From Deltaproteobacteria bacterium (GTDB lineage Bacteria; Calditrichota; Calditrichia; RBG-13-44-9; J075), in assembly GCA_011526015.1 (NCBI GenBank), contig WYBG01000315.1, forward strand, positions 1-44,555: 44,555 nt of DNA, in the 5' to 3' direction. The notes below the pieces were generated by a model. It was given only the letters and a program-made list of their open reading frames with translations, was not told where the DNA came from and made no database searches. Numbering within the stretch: position 1 is the first letter of the stretch; each line of letters opens with the position of its first letter. Position numbers and translations under genes: made by a program. This document shows positions 8,550 to 17,288 of the stretch, in pieces.

Positions 8550-10748
8550 TCACTTTACCAGCCATAACTCTACTTTATCCGAAATGTCTTTAATTTTAAT
8601 CCAACTGGGAGCGACAGGTTGACCTTTGCGCAGCGGTAATTGGCCCAGCAATCCCACGCAATTCCATTCCCCCCGTTTTTCCCGGGGAATGTATTTTTGG
8701 GTCTCATCATAATCGGGATTCAATTTCGGGCGAAGTTTCTTTTCGAATTTTCCGGTTCCTGCCATTACCGGGTTTCCTTCTTCATCCAAAACATCAATTT
8801 CTTCAGTTACTTTCTTTTTACCTTTTTCATCTTTTTTAATCACCTTTTCTTTTTTCGGAGCCATGATCTCCTCTTTGTATTCTTCCATAATCACCTGGCC
8901 AAATTCATCTCGAAGATATTTTTTGGGCCACTCTTTATAACAATTCCCTACGATAGAGGGGTTCGCAGATATAATACCGATGGGAACATCTCCTTTCATT
9001 GCAGATCTGATTTTCCCCCTTTCTGTTAACTTTACAGATGTTCCAATGGGAATCTCAGAGGCGTTATCGGATTCGAAATACTCAGCATAGTCAGTATTCG
9101 TCGTATACCACCCTACCGAACTATAACAGCGGCCTCGAACATCTAATCGGTCATCTTCAGGATCAATCACAAATGGTCCAATACCAACATGACCGCCTAT
9201 ATAGTTATATCCCCCCCCTATTCTCATTAAAGTTGCATACCCAAGCCGAGGAACGGGATATCCTATGTGAAATATCCCTAATAATCCTACATTTAATTTT
9301 AGTTCCTTGGTAGAAACTCTGGAAAACCACATTTGATTAGCATTTGGAGCGGATGTACTTATCGCCAAACTGCCATTTACATCTAAGGTTCCCTGGGGAT
9401 CAGCCGTGCCAATCCCAACCTTCCCCTTCACAATCAAATCATTTTTACCGGGATTGGCATAATTATAATTGTCGGACACTAAAATTCCACCTGCTTGTAA
9501 TCCCCAGGCAGAGGTTTCACCGGTTGCGTTTATAAGTTTAAGATAGTGGTTGTGTTCTACGTTATCGGAAGCGCCATATAAAACTACACTTCCTCCTTGT
9601 TTGTCAAGCACAACATCTCCGGCAACGTGTAATTTTTTAGCAGGGCTTGTCGTTCCGATACCAATATTCCCGGTAGCATTCGAGATAAATAACCTGTCTG
9701 TCCCGGAAGTTCGCAAATGGAGATTGGTCGTTCCCTCTCCATCGAACACGGCGCCGCCCGTTCCCACCCAGAATTGAGCGCTTTTACTTCCATCCGCATT
9801 TTCAATTCGTAATCCACGCTGGGAGCTGGATGCAGTTTCTTTTATTACCAGGCGATAGTTGCCGGTAGTAATCGTACCGATGCCGACATTGCCGGTCCCC
9901 CTGATCACCAGGGAGGGTTCTACAATGCCATCATTACCCGTATTCACAAATACGATGCCGCCATCCGGATCGGGGTCGTTACCATCTGTTTTCTCTATAA
10001 TAAGGGCATCCAGGCTGGAGCCAAAAAAATGGTTCTCCTGTCTTATCCTGAAACCATCCGAATTCGGGGTTCCGGATTCATTTGTTCGATGGAAAAGTAA
10101 TGTTACTGGGGATCCGGAATTTGATAATTTTATAGCTCCCTGGACATCCAGGGAGCCTTCCAACCTTGCCAGCCGGTTTTCCTCCAGTCTCAAATATGCC
10201 CATTCGCCCTCCGGAAATTTTGGATCCCCGATAGTCAGGCTGCCGGCAGCGCCGGAAATCCGGCGGTGGTTGGGCGGCTCGCCCTCTCCAACCGGCTCCT
10301 GAACGATCCCGCCGGCAATTTGAACCACCCCCAGGATCAACTGACTGCCGGGGTCCGCCGGGGGATTCTCCAGAATTTCGATTTCCCATTTCTCGGTCCA
10401 GCGGGTGCGCTCTTCGGAGGTCAGGTTGCCTTCCGGGGGATCGGTTTTCTCCTCGTAATACTTGATGGTGACATACCGGCTTGCGCTGCCGCTTACCGCA
10501 ATGGATTTAGTCTCTGCCAGCGGCAGAACAATCTCCCGCCCGGAACTGTCAATTGCCATTCCCGGGGAGATGCGGATCTCCTGGTCGCTCTCTTTGCTGA
10601 CCAGCAGCCCCTTCACCACCCCGGAAGTGTGCAGGCTGCGGTTGTGGCGGCGGCACTTTTCCAGGTGGTATTTTTGCTCATCGGTAAAATCCGCTTCTTT
10701 TAAAAATTGCTGATCGTAATAATGCAGACGTTTGATCTCTTCCGGCAT
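8550..10748 (-). CDS. eCIS tail fibre (Afp13-like) with a C-terminal peptidase-G2-type intramolecular chaperone/autocleavage domain
   Basis: Repeated GN(V/I)GIGT and GKVGIGTADPQGTLDVNGS fibre motifs occur mid-protein. The C-terminal TDYAEYFES...IPIGTSV...PIGIISANPSIVGN...WPKKYLRDEFGQ...REKRGEWNCVGLLGQLP matches the phi29 gp12-like IMC domain pattern. Confidence 0.75.
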   Translation of the reverse strand: MPEEIKRLHYYDQQFLKEADFTDEQKYHLEKCRRHNRSLHTSGVVKGLLVSKESDQEIRISPGMAIDSSGREIVLPLAETKSIAVSGSASRYVTIKYYEEKTDPPEGNLTSEERTRWTEKWEIEILENPPADPGSQLILGVVQIAGGIVQEPVGEGEPPNHRRISGAAGSLTIGDPKFPEGEWAYLRLEENRLARLEGSLDVQGAIKLSNSGSPVTLLFHRTNESGTPNSDGFRIRQENHFFGSSLDALIIEKTDGNDPDPDGGIVFVNTGNDGIVEPSLVIRGTGNVGIGTITTGNYRLVIKETASSSQRGLRIENADGSKSAQFWVGTGGAVFDGEGTTNLHLRTSGTDRLFISNATGNIGIGTTSPAKKLHVAGDVVLDKQGGSVVLYGASDNVEHNHYLKLINATGETSAWGLQAGGILVSDNYNYANPGKNDLIVKGKVGIGTADPQGTLDVNGSLAISTSAPNANQMWFSRVSTKELKLNVGLLGIFHIGYPVPRLGYATLMRIGGGYNYIGGHVGIGPFVIDPEDDRLDVRGRCYSSVGWYTTNTDYAEYFESDNASEIPIGTSVKLTERGKIRSAMKGDVPIGIISANPSIVGNCYKEWPKKYLRDEFGQVIMEEYKEEIMAPKKEKVIKKDEKGKKKVTEEIDVLDEEGNPVMAGTGKFEKKLRPKLNPDYDETQKYIPREKRGEWNCVGLLGQLPLRKGQPVAPSWIKIKDISDKVELWLVK

Positions 10749-10769
10749 GGCGCCCTCCGGTTAATATTC

Positions 10770-11357
10770 TCAGGTAGTAGTTGTGGTTCCTAAAATGGTA
10801 TCCACCCCGATGGTGGAGTGAACCCCGATCTGCAAGGTCGGGTGCTGAATTGAAAGGTTATAGAAAGTATGGGCAGGTTTTTCCCGGTCTAAAAGGGCAA
10901 TAACCTGCCGGGCCTTCCGCCTCAACTCCGGATGGTTATACCCCGGAAATTGCATGATCACTTTAAATCCATGAATATTATCCTCATCGTCCGGGGGCAG
11001 CTCCTCGACATCTACAAATGAGCCTACATAAAGCCGCAGGTAGCTCCGCAAACCCTCCAGTGTGCCCCGCTGCCGGTACAGCTCCCCGATATGGCGCAGC
11101 ACATTGCGGGTCTGCCATTCGCTCCAATCCTCGTCGATGTAAAGCGCCGCCCAGGCCGCTAAGTAGGGCAGGAATGCTGCCGGGGTGCTGGAAGCATTGA
11201 ACAGTTTCGGAAGATCATCCACCCTGCTTTCCAGGTCGTAAAACAGGCGCTGGAAGATTCTTAAGAAGCGGCGCAGAAAATCTTTCGGCGCTTCTTCATG
11301 CTCCCAGAGCGCCGGCGGAAGGTATTGTAAAAAGCTCTCTTCGTTCTCATACGCCAT
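10770..11357 (-). CDS. P2 gpI-like phage tail/baseplate protein (Afp12-like)
   Basis: The track start is a TTG at 11363. I prefer the ATG at 11357. FLQYLPPALWE...FLRRFLRIFQ...LPKLFNASSTPAAFLPYLAAW is typical of the conserved phage-tail-region protein found next to baseplate J. Confidence 0.7.
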   Translation of the reverse strand: MAYENEESFLQYLPPALWEHEEAPKDFLRRFLRIFQRLFYDLESRVDDLPKLFNASSTPAAFLPYLAAWAALYIDEDWSEWQTRNVLRHIGELYRQRGTLEGLRSYLRLYVGSFVDVEELPPDDEDNIHGFKVIMQFPGYNHPELRRKARQVIALLDREKPAHTFYNLSIQHPTLQIGVHSTIGVDTILGTTTTT

Positions 11358-11359
11358 GG

Positions 11360-13402
11360 TCAACTCCCCGGTATGATTTCATTCTCTTCCTGTTCCACGG
11401 TGATGTCATAATTGAGATCGTTTTTCTCTGCAGGACAGATCAATTGGTAATCTTCTAATGCCAGGCGAATCCCGGCGGTCGAAACCGGTGCGTTGTTATG
11501 ATCTACCCCTTCAACGGTTAGCTCCGCCACGTAACTGATCGCCGACAATGCATTCATAATCTGGAAAACCTCCGGGATATACAAACTCTGCCCGATATTC
11601 CACCCCTTCCCCTCGAGGCCGCCTTTTACCGGGTGCAGAAAATCGTAGAGGGTATCCTGGATTTCTTTTTTAACATTTTCGGGATTGTAAGCGGGTTTCG
11701 CATACACCGTGGCTTTTACTTTGATCTCCACGTAATAGGGCTTCAGCGGATCCATTAATATGCTGGTGACCGTTCTCCGTTGATCCAGGTAGCTTTTCAC
11801 CGCGGCGATCAGATCCACATCCGGTTCCGGTCGGCGCTCTTCCTTATCTTCCGGAACGATGATCAGGTTTACCTTTCCGGGGGTTCTTTCGAACGGCTGG
11901 GTTACCCAGGGTTCATTGACCCCTCTTTTCGGCGGGAAGCAGCGCGCCTTCGCCACCTCGGTGCTCGCTTCCCGGGCCAGGAATTCATAATCTTCCGTGC
12001 TGACTGCCCGGTTGTGGGTTCTGATCGCTTCCGGCGCCCGTTTTTTGGTCTCCTCTATCGGTTCCCAGTCGGTTCCGCCCCGGGCGGCTTCCTCGTTGGC
12101 CACCCCGCTGACGCCGGCGATGGGGGTGCGCTGCACCTTAATCGTACGGGCGGGAACGTTTCCGTTGCTTTCCCCGGCAACATAGCGGTAAGAAACCGCT
12201 TTGATCTGGCTGCCCTCGTCGGGAATCCGCCCCTGTCCCGGTTTTTCCGGATTGCCGGTGGGATAATTGCCGAAGGTAATTTCCCCGGTTATTGGGTTGC
12301 ATAAATACTGCTCTACGTTTTCACCGCTAAAATTTTCCACCCGCTGCCAGTTGAGCCAACCGTTTCCTTCATCCACCGCAATCACCAGGTGTGCTAGGCC
12401 GTTTGCTCCCTGGTGCAGGGGGGTGTTTTTCAGGCTAAATATCTGGAAGGGTTTTCCGCTGCTGACCCCCAGCAATTCTTCTTTAACCGTGATAACATTG
12501 CGGGCGGCGGTGATATTGCCGGCTAAGCGCTGCAACTCGATTTCCAGTGGGTTTTGCGCATCCAGGTTAGTCAGCCGCGCACCGATCCAATAAAAGGGTT
12601 CGCTGACTGCTACTTCATTCTCGGCCGGCGTTGCTCCCCAGTCTGCCGGTTTAAAAGATTGCCAGTCGGCAGTATTCGTGATATGGATATTTACCCGGGC
12701 GGATGATTCGAATAAAAACAGGCGGTCCGGGGTTGCCAGGGGCCAGCCCTCCGGCGGCGGCGTTACCGTGGGATTCTGGGGATCGATACCGGAATGGCGC
12801 CAGAAGACCTCCGTATCAGGCTCGCTCGGCGGTTTCAGCCGGAAGGTCAGCGCCAAATCCTGATCGGTGGGCAAAACCAACCCCATCAGGAGCCAGCGGG
12901 TGGCGCCTGCGGGAACGGTCAGGGTTACCTTTTGAAATTTTTCAACACATAACTTGGATGACAAATTTTGATAGGCATTATCTTCTCTTAAAAAAATACA
13001 ACTTTTAATATTCACGGCATGGAATGTCCTGTCGGTTTCGAAGATAATCCCGTCTTCGCTTCCCGAAGGCAGGGTGGATACCTGGGTCCCCCCGGGAATG
13101 GCGAGGGCAGTATCCCCGGTAAGGTCGAAGGTAATATCCGCCTGCGCCGGCATGGGCGGGTCGCGGGTAATCCCGATCAAATTGAGGAATTCGAAGTAAT
13201 TCTTTTCCGGAACCCGGTTGAGGCGGTAGATCATCTGTTCAGTCAGCCAGGCGAACAACTCGATCAGGGTGATCCCCAGGTCCGAAGGATTGTGGTCGGT
13301 CCACTCCGGGGTGTAGCGCGGGATCAATTTTTTTGCCTCCTCAACCAGGTCCACCCAGGTGCGGTCATCTAAATTGGGCGCGGTCAGTTTACCTTTGGAC
13401 AT
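11360..13402 (-). CDS. Baseplate J-like protein (gp6/Afp11-like baseplate wedge)
   Basis: The track start is a TTG at 13420. The ATG at 13402 has AGAAGGA upstream. The N-terminus (LDDRTWVDLVEEAKKLIPRYTPEWTDHNPSDLGITLIELFAWL) is the canonical putative-baseplate-assembly-protein start. The gene lies between the gp25 and gpI homologues. Confidence 0.8.
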   Translation of the reverse strand: MSKGKLTAPNLDDRTWVDLVEEAKKLIPRYTPEWTDHNPSDLGITLIELFAWLTEQMIYRLNRVPEKNYFEFLNLIGITRDPPMPAQADITFDLTGDTALAIPGGTQVSTLPSGSEDGIIFETDRTFHAVNIKSCIFLREDNAYQNLSSKLCVEKFQKVTLTVPAGATRWLLMGLVLPTDQDLALTFRLKPPSEPDTEVFWRHSGIDPQNPTVTPPPEGWPLATPDRLFLFESSARVNIHITNTADWQSFKPADWGATPAENEVAVSEPFYWIGARLTNLDAQNPLEIELQRLAGNITAARNVITVKEELLGVSSGKPFQIFSLKNTPLHQGANGLAHLVIAVDEGNGWLNWQRVENFSGENVEQYLCNPITGEITFGNYPTGNPEKPGQGRIPDEGSQIKAVSYRYVAGESNGNVPARTIKVQRTPIAGVSGVANEEAARGGTDWEPIEETKKRAPEAIRTHNRAVSTEDYEFLAREASTEVAKARCFPPKRGVNEPWVTQPFERTPGKVNLIIVPEDKEERRPEPDVDLIAAVKSYLDQRRTVTSILMDPLKPYYVEIKVKATVYAKPAYNPENVKKEIQDTLYDFLHPVKGGLEGKGWNIGQSLYIPEVFQIMNALSAISYVAELTVEGVDHNNAPVSTAGIRLALEDYQLICPAEKNDLNYDITVEQEENEIIPGS

Positions 13403-13416
13403 CAGCGGTTTCCTTC

Positions 13417-13809
13417 TCAAGGTTGTTGCAGACTGAACGGATAGATAATCTCACCCGGTTCCCGGGTGGATTTTATGTGATAGCGAATGTAGATGATCAA
13501 TTTCCCTTCGGTTTGATCGCTCTCCACGGTTACCTCTTCCAGAACGATCCGCGGCTCCCAGGTGCTTAGCGCCTCTTCCACGTAAAATTTCGCTAAGTTG
13601 GCGGTAGAGGCGTTCAGCGGGGCAAACAGGAGGCTTTTCAGATTGCTGCCGAAATTGGGCCGCATGAGCCGCTCCCCCCGCCCGGTGCCGAGAATAACCA
13701 GAACCGATTGGCGGATTTTTTCATCATCCCGGGCTTCTTGAATACCGCCGCGGTTATTCAGGCTGAGCGGGCAAGAAAAACCTTTATTGAGTGTTTCTCC
13801 ATTCGCCAT
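13417..13809 (-). CDS. GPW/gp25-family baseplate wedge protein (Afp9-like)
   Basis: 130 aa. ILGTGRGERLMRPNFGSNLKSLLFAPLN and the C-terminal beta region are typical of the gp25 lysozyme-like fold family. Confidence 0.85.
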   Translation of the reverse strand: MANGETLNKGFSCPLSLNNRGGIQEARDDEKIRQSVLVILGTGRGERLMRPNFGSNLKSLLFAPLNASTANLAKFYVEEALSTWEPRIVLEEVTVESDQTEGKLIIYIRYHIKSTREPGEIIYPFSLQQP

Positions 13810-13839
13810 AGCGGATTTTCTCCATAACTGAATTTTATA

Positions 13840-14238
13840 TTAATCGCCGGCAAAAACGGTGGTGTCTCCGGAGAGAACATTCCCGTTGGCATTGCCGTCA
13901 TTATGCAAAGTCGGATCGAACATCCTTATGATTGAAAAACCATTGACATACACACTCTGGCTGCCGCGGGTAAATCGAACCGGGCCTGCAACCGTATTGC
14001 TTTTAATGCCTTTCCCTGTACCCGCCTCATCCCCGGTGCTGAAGGGTATCTCGTGTTGTTTGTGCACCACTGCTTTACCCCGAATCCACACGTTAGCAGA
14101 GGAATCCTGAATATCTGCCAGGTCGCCGCTGTTGGGATATGGGACCGGCTGCTGGGAAGAACCTACCGGGGTCCAACATACATCCGGAAATCCATAACAA
14201 ATAAATCCCTTTGTCTGGGTAGCGACCGGTTTGCTCAT
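13840..14238 (-). CDS. PAAR-like spike-tip protein (DUF4150 type)
   Basis: FPDVCWTPVGSSQQPVPYPNSGDLAD...VWIRGKAVV...STGDEAGTGKGIKSNTVAGPVRFTRGSQSVYVNG...RMFDPTLHN matches the DUF4150 PAAR-like pattern. An ATGA overlap couples it to the upstream gene. Confidence 0.75.
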   Translation of the reverse strand: MSKPVATQTKGFICYGFPDVCWTPVGSSQQPVPYPNSGDLADIQDSSANVWIRGKAVVHKQHEIPFSTGDEAGTGKGIKSNTVAGPVRFTRGSQSVYVNGFSIIRMFDPTLHNDGNANGNVLSGDTTVFAGD

Positions 14239-15062
14239 GCCACGCCTCCTTCCACGGTCAGTGAGATATAGCTTTCCGGCGGATATGCCTCAAAGTCCCA
14301 ATACCCCCGCCAGACAATGATATAGGTATCCAGTTCCTTTTCGATAATGACGGTATCCAGAGCAAGCGGAATATTGATCTCTTCCTCGCTGCCATTTTCA
14401 TCCTTAATCCTTAGCGTTGCGGCCGGGCGGGTATCGGGCAGAAACACCTGAAAACTCACCGGCGGCGGTGGGATGATGGGCGGAGCAGGGCGGCGCTCCG
14501 AACGGATGGTTAGTTTTACGCCGTCTTCCAGATGAGGCAAAGGAGTATCGCCGGTGATATTTCGGTCCCAGCCGTTGTAAAATTCATTTTCGAAGCCTTG
14601 TGGCAAAATCATGGATTCCGGATCAAAATGTTCCAAATCTACACCCGCCTGCTGCAACCGTGGGACTTCTCCCCGGGGCGCCCAGCCGTAGATCGTAAAT
14701 GGATTCGTCCCGGTAAAATCTTTTTCAATATGTAAACCGGTATCGGTTTCCACCACAATGTACCACATCCCTGACGGCAGTCCGTCGGGAGGTTCGGGAG
14801 TTCCCAGAATAATCATATCCGTATCGGGCTTAAAGGGAACCATGTCGCTTTCATAGCGGATAACCTTTTCGGGATTATTGTTGAACAGCACATCCCCGCG
14901 GCATACCGCTGCCTGGGATTCCCCGGGCATCACCACCGGCGCATCCATATCCTGAAAAGTTCCTTTGACGATAACGCTCCCTATTTTCTCAATCGTTCCG
15001 TTGGTCATTTTGTGGCCGATCAGGAACTCTGTTGGATAAATGTCATGTTTTTTTATTCGCAC
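14235..15062 (-). CDS. Hypothetical protein, DUF2169-like (VgrG/PAAR-associated adaptor-like), tentative
   Basis: GTG start with GAGG upstream. VKGTFQDMD...VIRYESDMVPFKPDTDMIILGTPEPPDGLP resembles the N-terminal DUF2169 pattern (l.y.sDl.p.Kp.tDvll.G.a..P.g). A proline run (PAPPIIPPPPV) is present. The gene lies between the spike and PAAR genes. Confidence 0.45.
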   Translation of the reverse strand: MRIKKHDIYPTEFLIGHKMTNGTIEKIGSVIVKGTFQDMDAPVVMPGESQAAVCRGDVLFNNNPEKVIRYESDMVPFKPDTDMIILGTPEPPDGLPSGMWYIVVETDTGLHIEKDFTGTNPFTIYGWAPRGEVPRLQQAGVDLEHFDPESMILPQGFENEFYNGWDRNITGDTPLPHLEDGVKLTIRSERRPAPPIIPPPPVSFQVFLPDTRPAATLRIKDENGSEEEINIPLALDTVIIEKELDTYIIVWRGYWDFEAYPPESYISLTVEGGVA

Positions 15063-15072
15063 CTGCAGTACC

Positions 15073-16644
15073 TCATTCCGGGGGATTCAGATCAATGCGA
15101 TTGGTTGCCCCCTCAAGCTTTATTTTTGCCCCGCCGCGGGTTTGTAGGATAATATTCCCCTGCGCATCCAGTTCAATTTTTGCTCCGCCGGCGCTTTCCA
15201 AAATAATCCCCCCGCTGTCCGGATGATCATCCAGAATGATAGTATGCCCGGCCCGGCTTTTGATCACCCGCCGGTAGTTTTGCGGGCTGGGAGGTTCCGG
15301 GGGCTTTTTTTTCACGTTCCAGAACGTGCCGCTCACAACCGGGCGGTCGAAGTCGCCCTTATCAAAGGTTACCAGCACATCCTCTCCCCGGTCCGGTATA
15401 AAGTACATCCCGGAATCCGGGCGCACTACTTCTGCCCAGTGGCAGATCAATTCCTCGGAAATCCCCGGATAGCTTACCTGCACCCGCCCCAGGCCCTCCG
15501 GATCCACATTATTGACCACCGTGCCGACCACCGGGCTGTGCGCTTTTTTCATTTTATCCGGCGAAGACTCTTCGGAAAGGATTTTTCGGAAGAGCCGCAG
15601 CATGGTCGCGCTGCTGCGCTGGGTCACCTCAAAAGAACTGCGGTAGCCGCCGGCGTCCAGGGTATGGGTTACCTGCTGCAGGCGATATTTTCCGCTGAAC
15701 CGTTTCCCGACTCCCCGGATATCGACCGTTTCACCCGCCCGTAATTCCGGAATCCCGATGCAGCTCCCGCTGCCTTCGTACAGTCCTTCTAAAATCTCAT
15801 TTAAGATCGCTTTTGCAAAGGTGAGGGCGTCCGGGAAGGAATTGACGCTCTCGGTCACCACATGCTTTACCCCGAAATTCTTTATTTTATCAATAAAGGC
15901 GCTCCCCAGCCGCTCCACCATTCCGTCTAAATCCAGATCCGCTGCGGTCAAAGGTATCAGGCCCACAATCGTCTGGGCAAGTTCCTGGTCGTAATCCCGC
16001 AGCGCCACCATCCCGGTCTGCCCGGAAGTCGATAGGCGGGGGCTGAAAGAACCGAGGTTCTTCCCCCATTCCAGGTAAACCGCCTCGGTTTGGGGACGGG
16101 GGAAGCGAAAATAGAGTTTATCCCAGTGCACGTAGGTCTCAAAGAAATTCCGCCGCGCCAGTTCTTTCAGAAACGCCATGTCGCTGCCCATCTGGGTTTT
16201 ACACTTGAACGGTACCACGCTGGGGTCAACGATGGGAATCAGCAGATTTTCCGCCGCAATCTGGGCTGCCATAACGCTGGCATTGGAAAACCGGAAGCTG
16301 CGGATTCGATGGTTGTGGCGCATGCGGTGGGATTTATCATACCCGCGAATGCTGAGGGTGGGCGCGCCCCCTTCCGGGAAGGAGGGCTGCACTTCCACAA
16401 TTTCGCCTAACATCATCGGGTGCAGGTTGCCGACGTATCCCAGGTGAATTTCCACTTCTTTCCCGGCTTCAAATAACGAGGAGTCGGTCCAGCGTAAACC
16501 GGAATTGTTCAGCGTCAATTGGAACATGTCCGCCTGCTCCAGGTTGTTGGAATAGCTCAGGCTGATGACCGCCTTGCGCACATCCGCCTCCAGGGTCAGC
16601 CCCTGGATTTTTACCTCGAAGTCTGGTGCATAATATTGACGCAT
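15073..16644 (-). CDS. Spike/baseplate hub protein: gpD (late control D) plus gpV/gp5 OB-fold plus beta-helix (VgrG/Afp8-like)
   Basis: The N-terminus YAPDFEVKIQG...LSYSNNLEQADMFQLTL is gpD-like. SPVVGTVVNNVDPEGLGRVQV is the gp5/gpV OB motif. The C-terminal repeats read GGIILESAGGAKIELDAQGNIILQTRGGAKIKLEG. Confidence 0.85.
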   Translation of the reverse strand: MRQYYAPDFEVKIQGLTLEADVRKAVISLSYSNNLEQADMFQLTLNNSGLRWTDSSLFEAGKEVEIHLGYVGNLHPMMLGEIVEVQPSFPEGGAPTLSIRGYDKSHRMRHNHRIRSFRFSNASVMAAQIAAENLLIPIVDPSVVPFKCKTQMGSDMAFLKELARRNFFETYVHWDKLYFRFPRPQTEAVYLEWGKNLGSFSPRLSTSGQTGMVALRDYDQELAQTIVGLIPLTAADLDLDGMVERLGSAFIDKIKNFGVKHVVTESVNSFPDALTFAKAILNEILEGLYEGSGSCIGIPELRAGETVDIRGVGKRFSGKYRLQQVTHTLDAGGYRSSFEVTQRSSATMLRLFRKILSEESSPDKMKKAHSPVVGTVVNNVDPEGLGRVQVSYPGISEELICHWAEVVRPDSGMYFIPDRGEDVLVTFDKGDFDRPVVSGTFWNVKKKPPEPPSPQNYRRVIKSRAGHTIILDDHPDSGGIILESAGGAKIELDAQGNIILQTRGGAKIKLEGATNRIDLNPPE

Positions 16645-16655
16645 CTTTCAATTCC

Positions 16656-17288
16656 TTACCGCGGTTTGGTCAGCCGCTTTGCCGGGGGAATCTTCAATTG
16701 GGTGCCCGGCGGTATCCTTCGCGGATCGTCGATATTGTTGTACTCCGCAATTTCCCGCCAGGCGGCAGGATCGCCCAGCGCTTCTCCGGCAATTCCGCTC
16801 AGGGTCTGCCCGGAGAGCAGGTTATGAACGGTAGGCGGGCCGATAAAAAAGCCCCGCCGCACCTCGATCTCTACCGGTTGAAATTCTTTGAAATTTACCG
16901 AAAGGGTTGCCCGCACCGGGACGCCGTCGCGCAGAAACATGGTAAATTTTTGGCTGACGCTCTCCAGCACGCATTTAAAATTAAACCGCCCCCAGGAGAA
17001 CAACAGCAACGGCGGCGCCTTGCTGATGGGGTTATTATCCAGCAGCGCGGTGATCCGCCGGGTGTGGGCGCGCACATCGGTCTTTGATTCATAGGTATCA
17101 AAAAACAGTTCCATCTTCAAGGTCTGGATATTCCCCCGGATGTATTGAAGGGGCGGATTGGCCAGTCCCGGGATGCCGATCTCCGCAAAGGCGTTGCTCT
17201 TATCCAGGGAATATTCTTCCGGGTTGAACATCACCGGGATCTGTTCATGAGTCTGGGTATTGATAATCAGGGCTTTTTCTAAGGCCAT
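16656..17288 (-). CDS. LysM-containing CIS tube-initiator protein (Afp7/gpU-X-like)
   Basis: The N-terminal tube-like domain reads PVMFNPEEYSLDKSNAFAEIGIPGL...LKMELFFDTY. The C-terminal LysM reads GQTLSGIAGEALGDPAAWREIAEYNNIDDPRRIPPGTQLKIP. Confidence 0.85.
   Translation of the reverse strand: MALEKALIINTQTHEQIPVMFNPEEYSLDKSNAFAEIGIPGLANPPLQYIRGNIQTLKMELFFDTYESKTDVRAHTRRITALLDNNPISKAPPLLLFSWGRFNFKCVLESVSQKFTMFLRDGVPVRATLSVNFKEFQPVEIEVRRGFFIGPPTVHNLLSGQTLSGIAGEALGDPAAWREIAEYNNIDDPRRIPPGTQLKIPPAKRLTKPR

Noticed and set aside
11780-12304. 174-aa plus-strand ORF, and similar ORFs at 8640-9029, 9859-10302, 10266-10703, 13019-13372, 15223-15744, 16090-16410 and 16626-17087, inside the eCIS genes
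   Set aside because: They lie antisense to ORFs with clear phage-tail family motifs. They are Arg/Pro/Gly-rich, typical of GC-rich reverse frames, and have no RBS context.
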